A stretch of 63,001 bases of DNA, counting the filler, from Collodictyon triciliatum (Eukaryota), in assembly GCA_043381765.1 (NCBI GenBank). It is 5 parts of 5 records of this genome, joined end to end, with 100 filler letters (N's around TTAATTAATTAA, not from the genome) between each part and the next. Parts side by side here need not be neighbours in the genome. Positions count along the whole stretch, not along the records: positions 1 to 15,174 come from JBHJMP010001707.1; positions 15,275 to 30,435 come from JBHJMP010001708.1; 3 more parts are not named here. One strand, given 5' to 3'. Both the position numbers and the translations under genes were made by a program. Under the pieces are notes generated by a model, which worked only from the letters and a program-made list of their open reading frames with translations, had not been told where the DNA came from and made no database searches. Shown here piece after piece: positions 11,670 to 23,218 of the stretch. Positions within the stretch are counted from its first letter, which is position 1; the number at the start of each line of letters is the position of its first letter.

Positions 11670-14600
11670 TCTAAACTAATACGATGAGTGTTTAAACATT
11701 TATACAAAATTTTATGAAGTGGTGTAATACCCAATCAAGACATTTGTTTAAACATCTAATATTGAACCATTCTACTCAATTATTATTGATTGATTCAAAA
11801 ATACATCGCATTAGACCATCTAGACAACTTCAATAATACTCATGTAATACAAATAAATCTCAAAATAAAAACACTCTTATTCACACCTTGATAGACATGA
11901 CTATTTTATTTGATGGTATAGTGACTTATTCAATCAATTCATTTATATTAAAAATGCAAAATATTCATCATCTCAAATTAAATTGATTTCAACTCAAAAA
12001 TTAATTGATAAAATTCATTAGACTTCGGTTATATTTTTAGCAAGGTCATTTTTGTATCAATAATAGGTATATTTTGATTTGATACTTATAGTAAAATCAC
12101 TAATCAATTATTAGATAAATCATTCCTCCAAAACAAATCAATCAATTTACGACATACGGAAAACAATATTAAATAGGGTACTCATGCAAAGTAGCCTCAT
12201 TATGAATAGGAAATGAGAATAAATCAAAAAAATCAAGTTTAAGTTTAAATGATAGGATAATACATGTTTCAGTTTGAGAAGAATAGGTTTGGTTTGTCTG
12301 AGTGATAAATCAATAAATTGTGGTGACCAAAATAGCTGACGATTTCACAGAAGACTTTTCAATCAATTTTATGGACTTTAAAATCAAAATATATCACACC
12401 TATAATTAAAAATATAGAATTAATTATTATTATTCAAGCAATTTGCACGATTTTAAAAGAATTCAATATGATAAAACAGTTATATGTTATGTGTATCAGG
12501 AATTAAAGTGAATATCACACTTATGTATAAAACATGTCATCAAGGAAAACACGTGTCAATCATTTGGTTAAATTTTTCACATATTTCGTATGTAATATTG
12601 ATAAAGTAAGGAAAAAATTATTTAAATTATTGTTAATCATGTATTCTTTAAAACAGCGTCTAAATTCACAAAACATCCAATATTTTAATTAATTCATCAA
12701 AAATATATAAAACATTAAGTCCTTGTTTTTTCAGAATTACAAAATTGGATGAGCAGATTATATGATGTAATGCTTAAAAGTAAGAAGTGGTTAATGACAT
12801 ATAATTTTAATAATGTTTAATTGTTATATTGATTATTTATGAAAGATGTATGGAAATAACATTAAAATTGAAATGATATACGATAATTGATTTAAGTGCA
12901 TGTATTAATAGATTATTCATCAAAATATTGTAAAATATAATCTCATAAAATATTGTTTACCAGAACCAGTGGTATCCTTTGAAAAATTGCTTTATTGGTT
13001 GAACATTTATTTTAATATTCCTCTAAATAAAAAATTATAAATACCAATATATTCCAATAAAATTTAATCAAGCTATTATCAATTATTCATTATCATAATG
13101 TGCATATTTATCTAGATATACTAATTCAATTTTTTTTGCTTCCGTATAATATTTATACATATAATTAATCAGAAAATCATAACTTTATAATAGTCATATT
13201 ATTCGATAACTTATATTGTTCAATGATAAAATAAATACTGTCTGCTTGACTATATCGAGTGAACATCATATAGGAGCAAACAAAAAATATTTCCTTTAGA
13301 ACAAGGGTTTCGATAGTATCTGATAGAAATTAAAATAATGATTAAATATAACTTAGCAAATTGTCTTTCAGTTAACTATATTATTGATTATATATAAAAT
13401 ATTTTAACCCTTGAAGAATAACCATCTATGTACAAAATAGGGCTCAAGCGACGAACTACATCCTAATATTCGGTAAAATTTCATTACTAACTGATTGCAG
13501 TTTTAAAAGATGTTGTGTGAGTATTGGATATCATCTCAAATACATTTCATGATTCACAACCGGTATTATTATGCATTTATTTATCTGATTCATGTCAATT
13601 GTTATCTCATTTTCTATCATAAGTCCCAAATATAGTGATTTTTGATTGACCTCTCTTTTAATGACATATTTGTCACAGTCACCATATTAATATGATTCAT
13701 AGAGCTAAAACCAGCTATACTAATCAAAACCAAATCACTCTGATAAAAAATTGTTTTATTATTATGACTATTAATAGTGATATGTTATATGTAAATACTA
13801 TATTTCATTGAGAATTTGTAGATTATGTGCTATAAAGTTTCTTTGGAGCTCTGAATAGAATAAGTCTATTACACTAAGGTTAGTACTAAAATTTTGATAC
13901 AAAATATATATTAATGTATAAGAAAGGCAACAAAGGTCTGAATATTAATAAATTTACAAGCACAATCGTTTCAAAGGTAATTTATAATTGATAATTTAGT
14001 CATTGAGGTATTTTACGTGTGCATCAATACAGAGATAATGTTCCTAGTTGAAAATTGATGAATAATACATAAAGAAATTAAATTGTAATCGTATTTAATA
14101 CTTGTACTCTGCCATATTTTGACCAAACATAATAAACTGAACACTATAAGACTTAATAATATGAAACAATCATAGAAGTCATACTATATGTGGTGGATTA
14201 AATAGATAAATCATCATATAAACCAACATAAATATACGAAAATATTATGTATGCATAAAAAGAATTTTTGAATATACGTGAATGATGATAATCGAAAAAA
14301 ATAAAAGGGCGTGAACCGTCTACCATATCCTTGGTTAGTCGGGACAATGAAAAAGCGAATATCGATATGCGTCTTATTACCTCTGATTGATTTGGAATTG
14401 GGAGGGGAGGGGTGGGTTTGTTGGATTTGATAAATCGACATCTAAATAACCAAGAGAGAAAATTGAACTAATTTAGATGATTTAACAACGATTAATTATC
14501 AAATAGGTTTATTTATTGAGCGGTAAACCTACAAATCATTTCACTTGGAGAAACGAACAAGGTCTAGTAAGGTGAGGGGTATGGGCGTGAAGCTGTGGAC

Positions 14601-15174
14601 AAATGATTGCAGTTCGGTCAAGGGGGAGGGGTGGTGTATCATTCAGCGGCAAACTGGTTTTTAGCGGGGATGTGGTATGTGTTTTTCGATTTGGATATTA
14701 GAATGGTTCATATGTTGATTAGTTGGTTTTTAAATTCACATAAGATGGAAAAGTGTATTATTAATTTAATTAAGACGTCATATTAAAATACGATACCAAG
14801 AATCTGCAGATAACTAAGCTTCTCTAGTAGATACGTAATTTAAAGATTTTTTTGTAGATTTAGTATTCACAAGACGATACATAAAACGATTATTGAAAAA
14901 TAAACGACGTAGCATGACGATTCTGTAGGCAGACCATTCATCTTGATTAAACTTTATTAGATAATTAATATATAGCTGATATTATTGTATTTATTGTAAG
15001 TATTACAATATTGATTCCATGTATTTTATGTTAGGATTAAATCTATCAACTGAATAATGAAATAACTAGCAAAGCCAGACTCCGATGATAATTCTTAATT
15101 TTATAGATTTTTGTTCTATCATTAGTAATAGTTTTACAAGTGAAATATTTTTTAATTATAAAATATTCGAATTT

Positions 15175-15274
15175 NNNNNNNNNNNNNNNNNNNNNNNNNN
15201 NNNNNNNNNNNNNNNNNNTTAATTAATTAANNNNNNNNNNNNNNNNNNNNNNNNNNNNNNNNNNNNNNNNNNNN
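15175..15274. other. Artificial contig linker (N-TTAATTAATTAA-N)
   Basis: 100-nt N run with a central six-frame stop spacer. Confidence 0.98.
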
Positions 15275-15276
15275 CA

Positions 15277-15404
15277 AGCTTTCAATTTGGGCAAATGTAG
15301 GGTTTAAAAGTAAGCATGAAGTTGTCCATGCTTGAAACTGGCGAGAATAGGAAAGGTAGTTTGAGTTATTTTATGTCGGATTTATTAAGGTAAACTATCC
15401 GTCC

Positions 15405-15474
<70 letters not shown>

Positions 15475-15515
15475 AAAAAAAACAAAAAAAACAAAAAAAC
15501 AAAAAAACAAAAAAA
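15277..15515 (+). repeat. ~131-bp direct repeat copy 1 followed by an A-rich tail
   Basis: Near-identical to 16683-16813. Both copies are followed by poly(A) and then gagg. Confidence 0.9.
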
Positions 15516-15600
15516 GAGGCAGAGCTTGATCGCAAAGAAAAGGCAAGCGAAAGACGCAGACACCTTCTTTCCCCCACACAGCCAGCCAACAGCCCCGGCC

Positions 15601-16192
15601 ATGAGCACGATCGAAGAGCGCCTGGCCAAGTTGAAGTCGTCTGTGTCGGGATACGAGCCTTCTGCGGGGCCCATCGAACACTGCACGTCTCTGCGACTCC
15701 AAGAGTCATGGGACACGTCGCTCCCAGAAGGGCTCTTTGACCTGACGGGCCTGAAGAAGATCCACTCCTTCGAGTCATACTACTCCTCGCTGACCAGCAA
15801 CATCTCGAAGCTGACTTCACTCGAGTCGATCAGCTTTGCGCGCAATCAATTGCAAACCCTGCCGCAGGAGATCTCTCTCCTCACCGGCCTCACCTACCTG
15901 GGCCTGGCCGACAACCCTGTGAGTCTTCCCACCCGCCCTCTCCGACAAGCGTAGCCTCCCTGCTCGGCGTCTTGCTTTCTCACCAGTCCCTCTCTAGATC
16001 GAGCAGCTCCCGCTCGAGATTACCGCGCTCACAAACCTCAAGTCTCTGGGGCTCTACAACAACATGGGGAGAATGAACGTCAAGAGAGTTCCGCGCGGCA
16101 TCACTGCGCTTCCTTGCTGGAACGAATCATCAGACAGGTCCGGGACCTTGTCAGACGCTGTTTCTGCTGGGAAGCTGACTTTCTTCGATTAA
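15601..16192 (+). CDS. Small GC-rich leucine-rich repeat protein (~170 aa, 2 exons)
   Basis: Exon 15601-15918, intron gtgagt...ctag 15919-15997, exon 15998-16192. LRRs include LPEGLFDLTGLKKI, LPQEISLLTGLTYLGLADN and LPLEITALTNLKSLGLYNN. Confidence 0.85.
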
Positions 16193-16682
16193 TACCGCAT
16201 TGCGCCAAGGTTGACAACTGCGCGCTGCAAACCATTTTCTTTTCTTTTCTTTTTATTCTTCTTGTCCACCTTCTCTCTGCCTGGTTGCCTCTGTTAAGAC
16301 TGAGCGACACATTGCATCGACCACGGCTCTGAAGACTGGAGGAATAAAGTCGGAGTCGCAATATATGCATCGCTTTTGATAGGAAACGTGGCGTCTCTCG
16401 GACGTTTTCTCTGCCCATGCTTTTTTTTTTTTAACGAAAAAAGAGAATCATTTGACGAACAAAAGAAGGCAAAGAGACCATCACACAGCCGCTGTCCTTA
16501 TTCATTTATGTCACAGCCACTTTTCTAATTATTACCATACTAGCCCCAGGGTAAACTTATGATTGTTCAGGCAGGTGCGCGATAGCATAGTGACAGCAAC
16601 ATAATATGGAATGGAACAATAGAAGAGAAAGCATCCACACGTATGCTATTTTCACTACTGTTAAAAAAAAGTTTTTTATTCT

Positions 16683-16825
16683 AGCTTTCAATTTGGGCAA
16701 ATGTAGGGTTTAAAAGTAAGCATGAAGTTGTCCATGCTTGAAACTGACGAGAGTAGGAGAGGTAGTTTGAGTTCTATTATGTCGAATTTATTAAGGTAAA
16801 CTATCCGTCCATTAAAAAAAAAAAA
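16683..16825 (+). repeat. ~131-bp direct repeat copy 2 with poly(A)
   Basis: Matches 15277-15407 with only a few substitutions. Confidence 0.9.
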
Positions 16826-17015
16826 GAGGTGTTGTGTAAAGTCTTTGAGAATAGAACATCCAAAAGGAAATTGTATTCATCTCAATTACAGCGAACCATT
16901 TGAATTCAAACCTGGCTTATCAATCATCTTTCGGGTCATTTTCAGTCTCCTGGTAAGAAGCCCTCCGTGCGATGAAAGATGTTGTAATAGCTGATAAATG
17001 TAAAGATTTTCGGGT

Positions 17016-19660
17016 TTATTCATCGGGGGAAACGTCCAGTTGATAAGGAAAACCGAATGAATAACTATAGATTTCTTGGAGTAAGTTGGAAAACATGACG
17101 CAAATTGATCGAAAACCACTGTAAGGCCCGATTCCGAAAGGCTGAGAGGATAACAATATCGGGCTCTGCGGTTCTATGCAAGATGCTTTCCTCCACTCTG
17201 CAGCTTTTTGAATCAACTTCGATACCCATCCGTTTTCGTAGCACTCAGGTAGTTTGAAAATGCTTGAGTATTTGTGCGTCTCCCCAGTTTTGTCTCCATT
17301 CTCATCCAATATGTCTTGAATAATTTTGGTTTTTTGTTCCAAAATATCCAGCACATCTCTGGAGCCTCCTTGAACCAACTGTTTCAGCTTTTCGAAATCG
17401 TCGGCTTTACCAAACCAAATATAAGCTAGCTGTGCGTTTTTCGCAACTACGACCGCTTTATCATAAAGTCGGCCATATTCTCCGCTGGGAAACGCGTAAA
17501 CTTTCCTTTATCACAATAAGTAGCAAAGTTTTCATCAAATGAAACAGCTCCGATGGAAAGTAAGAGTCTTTTATCGAACCTAGTCAGCCCACTGATGTTT
17601 TTCAGCAGAATTCTACCACACTCTAATTTCCTTGATCTAGTTGCACATACTTTTTTTCACCCAAGGCACTATGATCTGCAGCCTTCGCCATGCTATTGTC
17701 CTCCTCAGAAAATACATTTAATCTATCGACAGTATTTTCAACTAAAGAACATCCAAACCTTGCGTATATTTTTTTTTTAAGTTATCATGAGGAATTTTCG
17801 TAAGAAGCATATTGATCAAGTTCCATATGCGTATACTTTTATCTGCACTCCCAGATTCCAGCTAATCATCTCCTTTCGGTCCTTTGATACTGGATAAAAT
17901 CATCACACGGCCTGTGTGTCCTTCCAATTTCTTTATTTGACGTCCTGTGTCTAGGTTCCACATACGAATGGTCTTGTCGTAGCTACCTGCAACTAACTAG
18001 ATTCCTCCATTCAGTCCAATCAAGTAACACAAAGTCTTGAAACCTAGTGTGCGCCCTTTAAGCACTTTGACATGATTACCAGAGGCCAAATCCCATATTC
18101 TTATAGAGCTATCATTGGCCTCAGACACTGGGAAGTCGCCGCCTGAATCTGCTATGATTTGAAAGCAGTTTACCATGTCTGAGTGCCCTTTTAGCTTTCG
18201 GATCTGATTTCCTGTGATTATATCCCATATTCGAATGGTAGAATCGCCATTCCCAGAAGCAAGCCAGCTTTCTTTATTTGGTCACTTTATACAGCATACA
18301 CTTTGAACTTCTTGATTATGCCCCTTTAGCTCTCTAATTTAAAATCCAGAAAATGTATCCCAGTTATGTATACATGCAATATAACCCCCAGAGGCCAACC
18401 ATTTTCTCCGTGCGGTCCTGGAACACTACAAACAGTTAATATTTTGGTCGTGTGCCCTTAAAGTTTTTTGGTTGGTTTCCAGAAACTACTCTCGAACACT
18501 TAATAATCTGTCATCGCTGGCAGACACCAACTAACTCTTATCTTTCGGTCCTTGTATGACACAAAAGGTGTACACATCATTTGGGTGTCCATGTAATTGC
18601 TTAATTTGTTTTCCAGTTTCTATATCCCAAATGCAAATAACTTAATCACGACCTCCTGACACCAGCCATTCATCCCCATATGTTACAGGAATGTTAGAGG
18701 GTATTAGAATCTTTAGTTTGTCCTTCAAAAATATGATTAGAATCCCCGTATGCCAGACTTTTCGTGAGGGTATTGTTCAGGATACAATCGCCCAGGTTTG
18801 GAACGGATAAAGCGACACCATCCAAAACGGCTCCTTCCAAATTTGACCTGTTCATAACAGGATTACGAAGGTTTGCATATGAAATTTTACTAATGATGAA
18901 TTCATCTTTTCCCTTTTTTTTTTCTTTTCTTTTACCCCTGTTTTTTCTTTTTTCTATCTCCCACACATCCCCACCTACTTTGGAACTACTTTCCTGACGT
19001 TTGAATGAAAGATTGTTGAGACGGGCTCAACAGCTAAGATTTTTAGAATAAAAAAACGATAAATCCATCTTGCTGAATGAAATATTCGTGAAATTGAGCG
19101 ACGATATTACATCAGATGCACTCTTTGATTTTCTTTCATCATCTCTCGACATGTGAAGAATTTGGAACAGTGACAAAATAATCTCTTTGCGATTCCATTC
19201 TTCCTCTAGTTTTGCTTCCTCCACATTTTCAAAAATGAAAATCTTAACCTTCGTAAATTCAGCAGGTTCTTTTTTAATTCCTATCTCGCTGGAATGATTG
19301 GATAAGCATTCACATGAAATAAATGCCATTGGGTGATTCCAACCATGTTTCTTGGCAAATGTATCTCATTTCGGACCAAAATTCTATTGCCACACCATTT
19401 TTCCAGTGACCGCATATATTTTCTTAACATTCCTGCATGCTACTCAGCTATTCCAATCTTCAAAACAAGAATGTTCTCCATGTATGAAAACGGCCATTTT
19501 GTAAAGCTGAGCAGCATTATCAAACTCTTTCTTACTTTTTATAAACCCTAGCTATTCTTGTGCACTGCTGGCCATCTTTTATTGAGATCATAATTTTTGT
19601 TTCTTTTCTAATATTCGAGGCTTTTTGAAAATAATCGACTTCCTGTTCTAATATGTTATG
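17016..19660 (-). pseudogene. Decayed TPR-like / pentapeptide-repeat / WD40 gene with an unknown C-terminal domain
   Basis: TPR-like YFQKASNIRK and EFDNAAQLYKMAV; ASDVISSLNFTNISFSKMDLS then ANLRN..SNLEGAVLDG pentapeptides; ~7 WD40 repeats (e.g. GHSDMVNC..SIRIWD, GSYDKTIRMWN). Many stops and frameshifts; ends approximate. Confidence 0.8.
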
Positions 19661-22600
19661 AAGGAGTCATGAGATATTTGCGCAAATATGTTGCTTTAGG
19701 AAGGAAAAAAATTGGATCAAAGATGATGCCTTTGCAACTAAAAGTTTACTCTTCTGATGTTCCCGATAGAAGTTGCATAAATGATATTATTATCTACAAG
19801 TGCCCTTTTTCGAATATATAGAACCTAAATGTAAACAACTAAGGCCTCCTTGTAATTAATAGATTTTAAAAAACTGACTGAATTACCAACAGTTTCGATT
19901 CTAGACTAAAAAATCACACCGTAAACTAATGTATAGCGATGATTCTACCTTTGCATATCATGACAAATATTTCTCATGTAATCATTACAAATTATAACTT
20001 TCGGATGATATTGCCCAATACTCGATACAAAAATTTCCAATTATTGTCTCACATAGGACAATGAATTTATTTTGCTGAATAAATAAGAAAAAATTAAGCT
20101 TTATACCAAATAATTTAATTCATGCATTTCAAAAACCCAAAAATACTTTTAAAAATCTAAATGTGCATGAGAAATCGATTGAGTGTTGTTCCCACATAAT
20201 CATATTTTGTCTCCAAGGAATTCCTCAGTATTTTTGGCTAATTCGTAGTACTTTAAACAATCTTCATATATAAACTCATCGACGAAAAATAGACATAATA
20301 TTTAAGTGAAGTAATCATATAAGAACATACAGAGTCTCTTAATTTTATCCTTCAATTATTTCATACAGTAGAAAAGCACAAAAAGATACAAAATTTCTCT
20401 CCGCTAAACTACATAACCAAAGTTTTGATACGATGTCCCAACAAGAGGGAATAAATGTGATTGGCATGAAAGAAAGACAGTAGAAAAATAAGATTTAAGA
20501 GAATCGATTAGAGGCATAGTTGAGATTAAGTGTTATTATACGTAGACTATTCTATTGGAAATAGAAGAGCTTTAGGGCAGTTTCTGGTGGTGTTTGAGAC
20601 TGAATGAAAAGCGCATAATATTGTGTGACTGATGAAAGTTCGCGCATGGCTATTTCTTCAAAAATTGGTCCTGTCGAGTTTATGTCGCTGTATCTGAGAT
20701 AATTTTTACATAATATTGAAATTTACGGCGTATTTTTATAAGGGGCACTGGGTCTCTTCTCTTGCATTTCTTTCTGAGTGTCTGAGCCAAAAAATAAGCT
20801 ATTCAGCTTAATTTAGTATTGACGGGAGTGAAGCTTGACCGTTTATTTGGTATTGAAATCATGCACAACCAGCGATGAAGTTTGCTCAACTCATGTATGG
20901 TTGTGTATCTATGGTTTAAGAAACATATGCTCCTGCTTGAACGGGTTGTCATTGGTATGTGAAGCTTCAAGTTTGGATTTGACCTGTGCTGTTTGTTGTA
21001 GCTTCTTGGTGTTTGGTGCGACGGTTGGGTAAATGTTAAAGAGACTACATGTAGTGGGTGTTGATTCCTACATTATTTATTGCTGGGGTTTTTTATTTGA
21101 TGTGTCAAAACTGCTGGCTTGATGCCTTCTATGTTAATTACGTACATATCAGTCTGAATGATTCATTAAATAAAGGATTTGTTTTCAGGTTCGGAAGTAA
21201 ACTGTCCTAGGGTCTTGAGATGTGCGCGTACATAAGGAGTTATAGTAAATCAGTTTTCCTTTAATAGAATAAAGGAATAGGACATCAGTTTTACAAAAGA
21301 AATCCGCATATCTGTGGGCAGAAGCGGTATACTATACCCAAAGATACAATTTACGAGAGACCATCGTGGTTCATTGTTGAGTGATGAAGTAATTTTTATT
21401 TTGTGAGAGGCAAAATGATATCGAATAATATTTTATACTTTGACGTATACTCCAAATTTATAAAATTATATCCTACACCGGTAATAATTTTTTAAAAGCA
21501 TTTTAACGCATCTAACTACACTTACTTTTTAACATATTTACAAGAAAAAAAATGTATTTTGGTTTTTTTTTGATACACAAGATTTAATTTTTTTATTACA
21601 CGAACATATGAGGCGAACAAATATTTAATTCATTGATAAAAATTTAACAAAATGTGATATCTCTCAAAGTCTTTGTTGATGCATAGGCATAAACGTATTT
21701 GACAGGGGCATTTCAGCTTTCACTAAATTTATTTATGAGATTGCTGAAAATTTCCTTGTAGCAACGTAAAAATGTGAGCTTATTAAACAGTTCTTTGACC
21801 ATTAATATATTATGTCGTATTTTAAACACATCTACTTAACAGCTTGTCAAAGTAAACTAAAAACAAAAAAGCAATAGTATATTTGACCATGCAGTGTTTA
21901 AATTTTATTTAAATGCATTAATTAAAGCTCAAAAGAATATTAAATACTAAGACAGATACGAAGGCGGTTTTATTGTACATTTTTTTCAGAATTGTATGTG
22001 ACTCGGGGGTTTGGCACTGCATATTGAAATTAAGACGACAGGCTGTAAGCTTTAAAGTTTATATTATAATGTGATTTACGCTGATTTTTTGACTCATGTT
22101 GTATGATTAATAGCTGTATGATACATCAGAGAGCTTGATTTTTATGAATTTTTAAGATATTTAAGTGATAAATTATTTAGGCCTGGTTTTAGTTGAATAA
22201 CTGTATTTGTATCACTGTATTTTTTATAACGAAACGTTACACAGAAATTCTTTTAGAAACCAAAATCTGTGCACCCAATAGGTGATATCCCTGACGTTCA
22301 AACATACCTCTTCTAGGGAGTACCTTAAAAAATAACCATACGTTCAAACTTTAAATGCTATGTAATCAAAAGACAATTCACAGTTTGTTTGATTAAGGGC
22401 AACATAAGCCATTTTACCACCACATGTCCAGAATCATATTACTTTGGTAAGTAGCGGTATTGATGATCGGTCATATCAACTCGTGGATTATCCTCCTTGC
22501 ATTCAGGTTCATCGTCTATATTGGCAGGCACGACCGGAACAAAAAAGTCTTCAGGTAGTTCGTTAAGTAAGTGCGACGCTGCTTCGCTAGCGCTGATATT

Positions 22601-22814
22601 TTTATGTTCCGACGTCTTGCTTTGCGACATTCCCATCCACTAATTGTTGTCACCTGTGATTGTTTGTTATGCTTATGATGATGACAATTGTATTGAAAAT
22701 CACTACTTAATTTACAATTTTCAATTCTGATTCCCGTGCGTACTTATACCCAAAATCTGTGGTGCGATATGGTCTACTATCTGTGGATGCAGTTTAGGAA
22801 ACATTATGGTTTCC

Positions 22815-22827
22815 TTCTAGAAGCTTC
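22815..22827. promoter_or_regulatory. Possible heat-shock element (TTCtaGAAgcTTC)
   Basis: Perfect three-unit nGAAn inverted array ~180 bp upstream of the minus-strand ORF starting at 22636. Confidence 0.3.
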
Positions 22828-23205
22828 GAAGCGCATGTGGTCTACTATTCGTGAGTCTTGTCCAAGTAACTACATAATTCCCAGAACACTCAAGCTATGC
22901 ATCTAGACCACAGTTTGTGCGATAACAGGGCAAGGACCGTGTTGGTAGGGTGTGCCTTTTTTTTCAGGCAAGGTCGGTACGACGCAAAGATTGTCTTTTA
23001 TTTTTATTTTATATAATATATATAACATATAGTATACATTTTTGTTTAAAAAAAGCTATCCCTTCGGTACACCTACCTTGCTCTGGGTATGGTACTCAAT
23101 TATTTTTTTAAAAGAAAACAATAAAACCTGGCGACCTCCCCGGAAAAGGTGAACTTGGAGGTATTAGTTGTCATCTCAAAATCATATATGTTTTATGTGG
23201 TCTGC

Positions 23206-23218
23206 GAAGCTTCGAGAA
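23206..23218. promoter_or_regulatory. Possible heat-shock element (GAAgcTTCgaGAA)
   Basis: Perfect three-unit array; part of an imperfect inverted repeat with 22809-22828. Confidence 0.3.

Noticed and set aside
11700-15174. 3.5-kb very AT-rich stretch
   Set aside because: No ORFs, RNA genes or repeat structure that I could support; treated as intergenic.
17016-19660. Alternative genetic code (TAA/TAG reassigned)
   Set aside because: Long intact ORFs lack in-frame TAA/TAG, several genes end in TAA, and the stop-containing regions also have frameshifts.
22869-22890. ACTACA..TCCCAGAA resembling the ZNF143/SBS motif
   Set aside because: The spacing is imperfect, there is a single occurrence, and the factor is known from animals.
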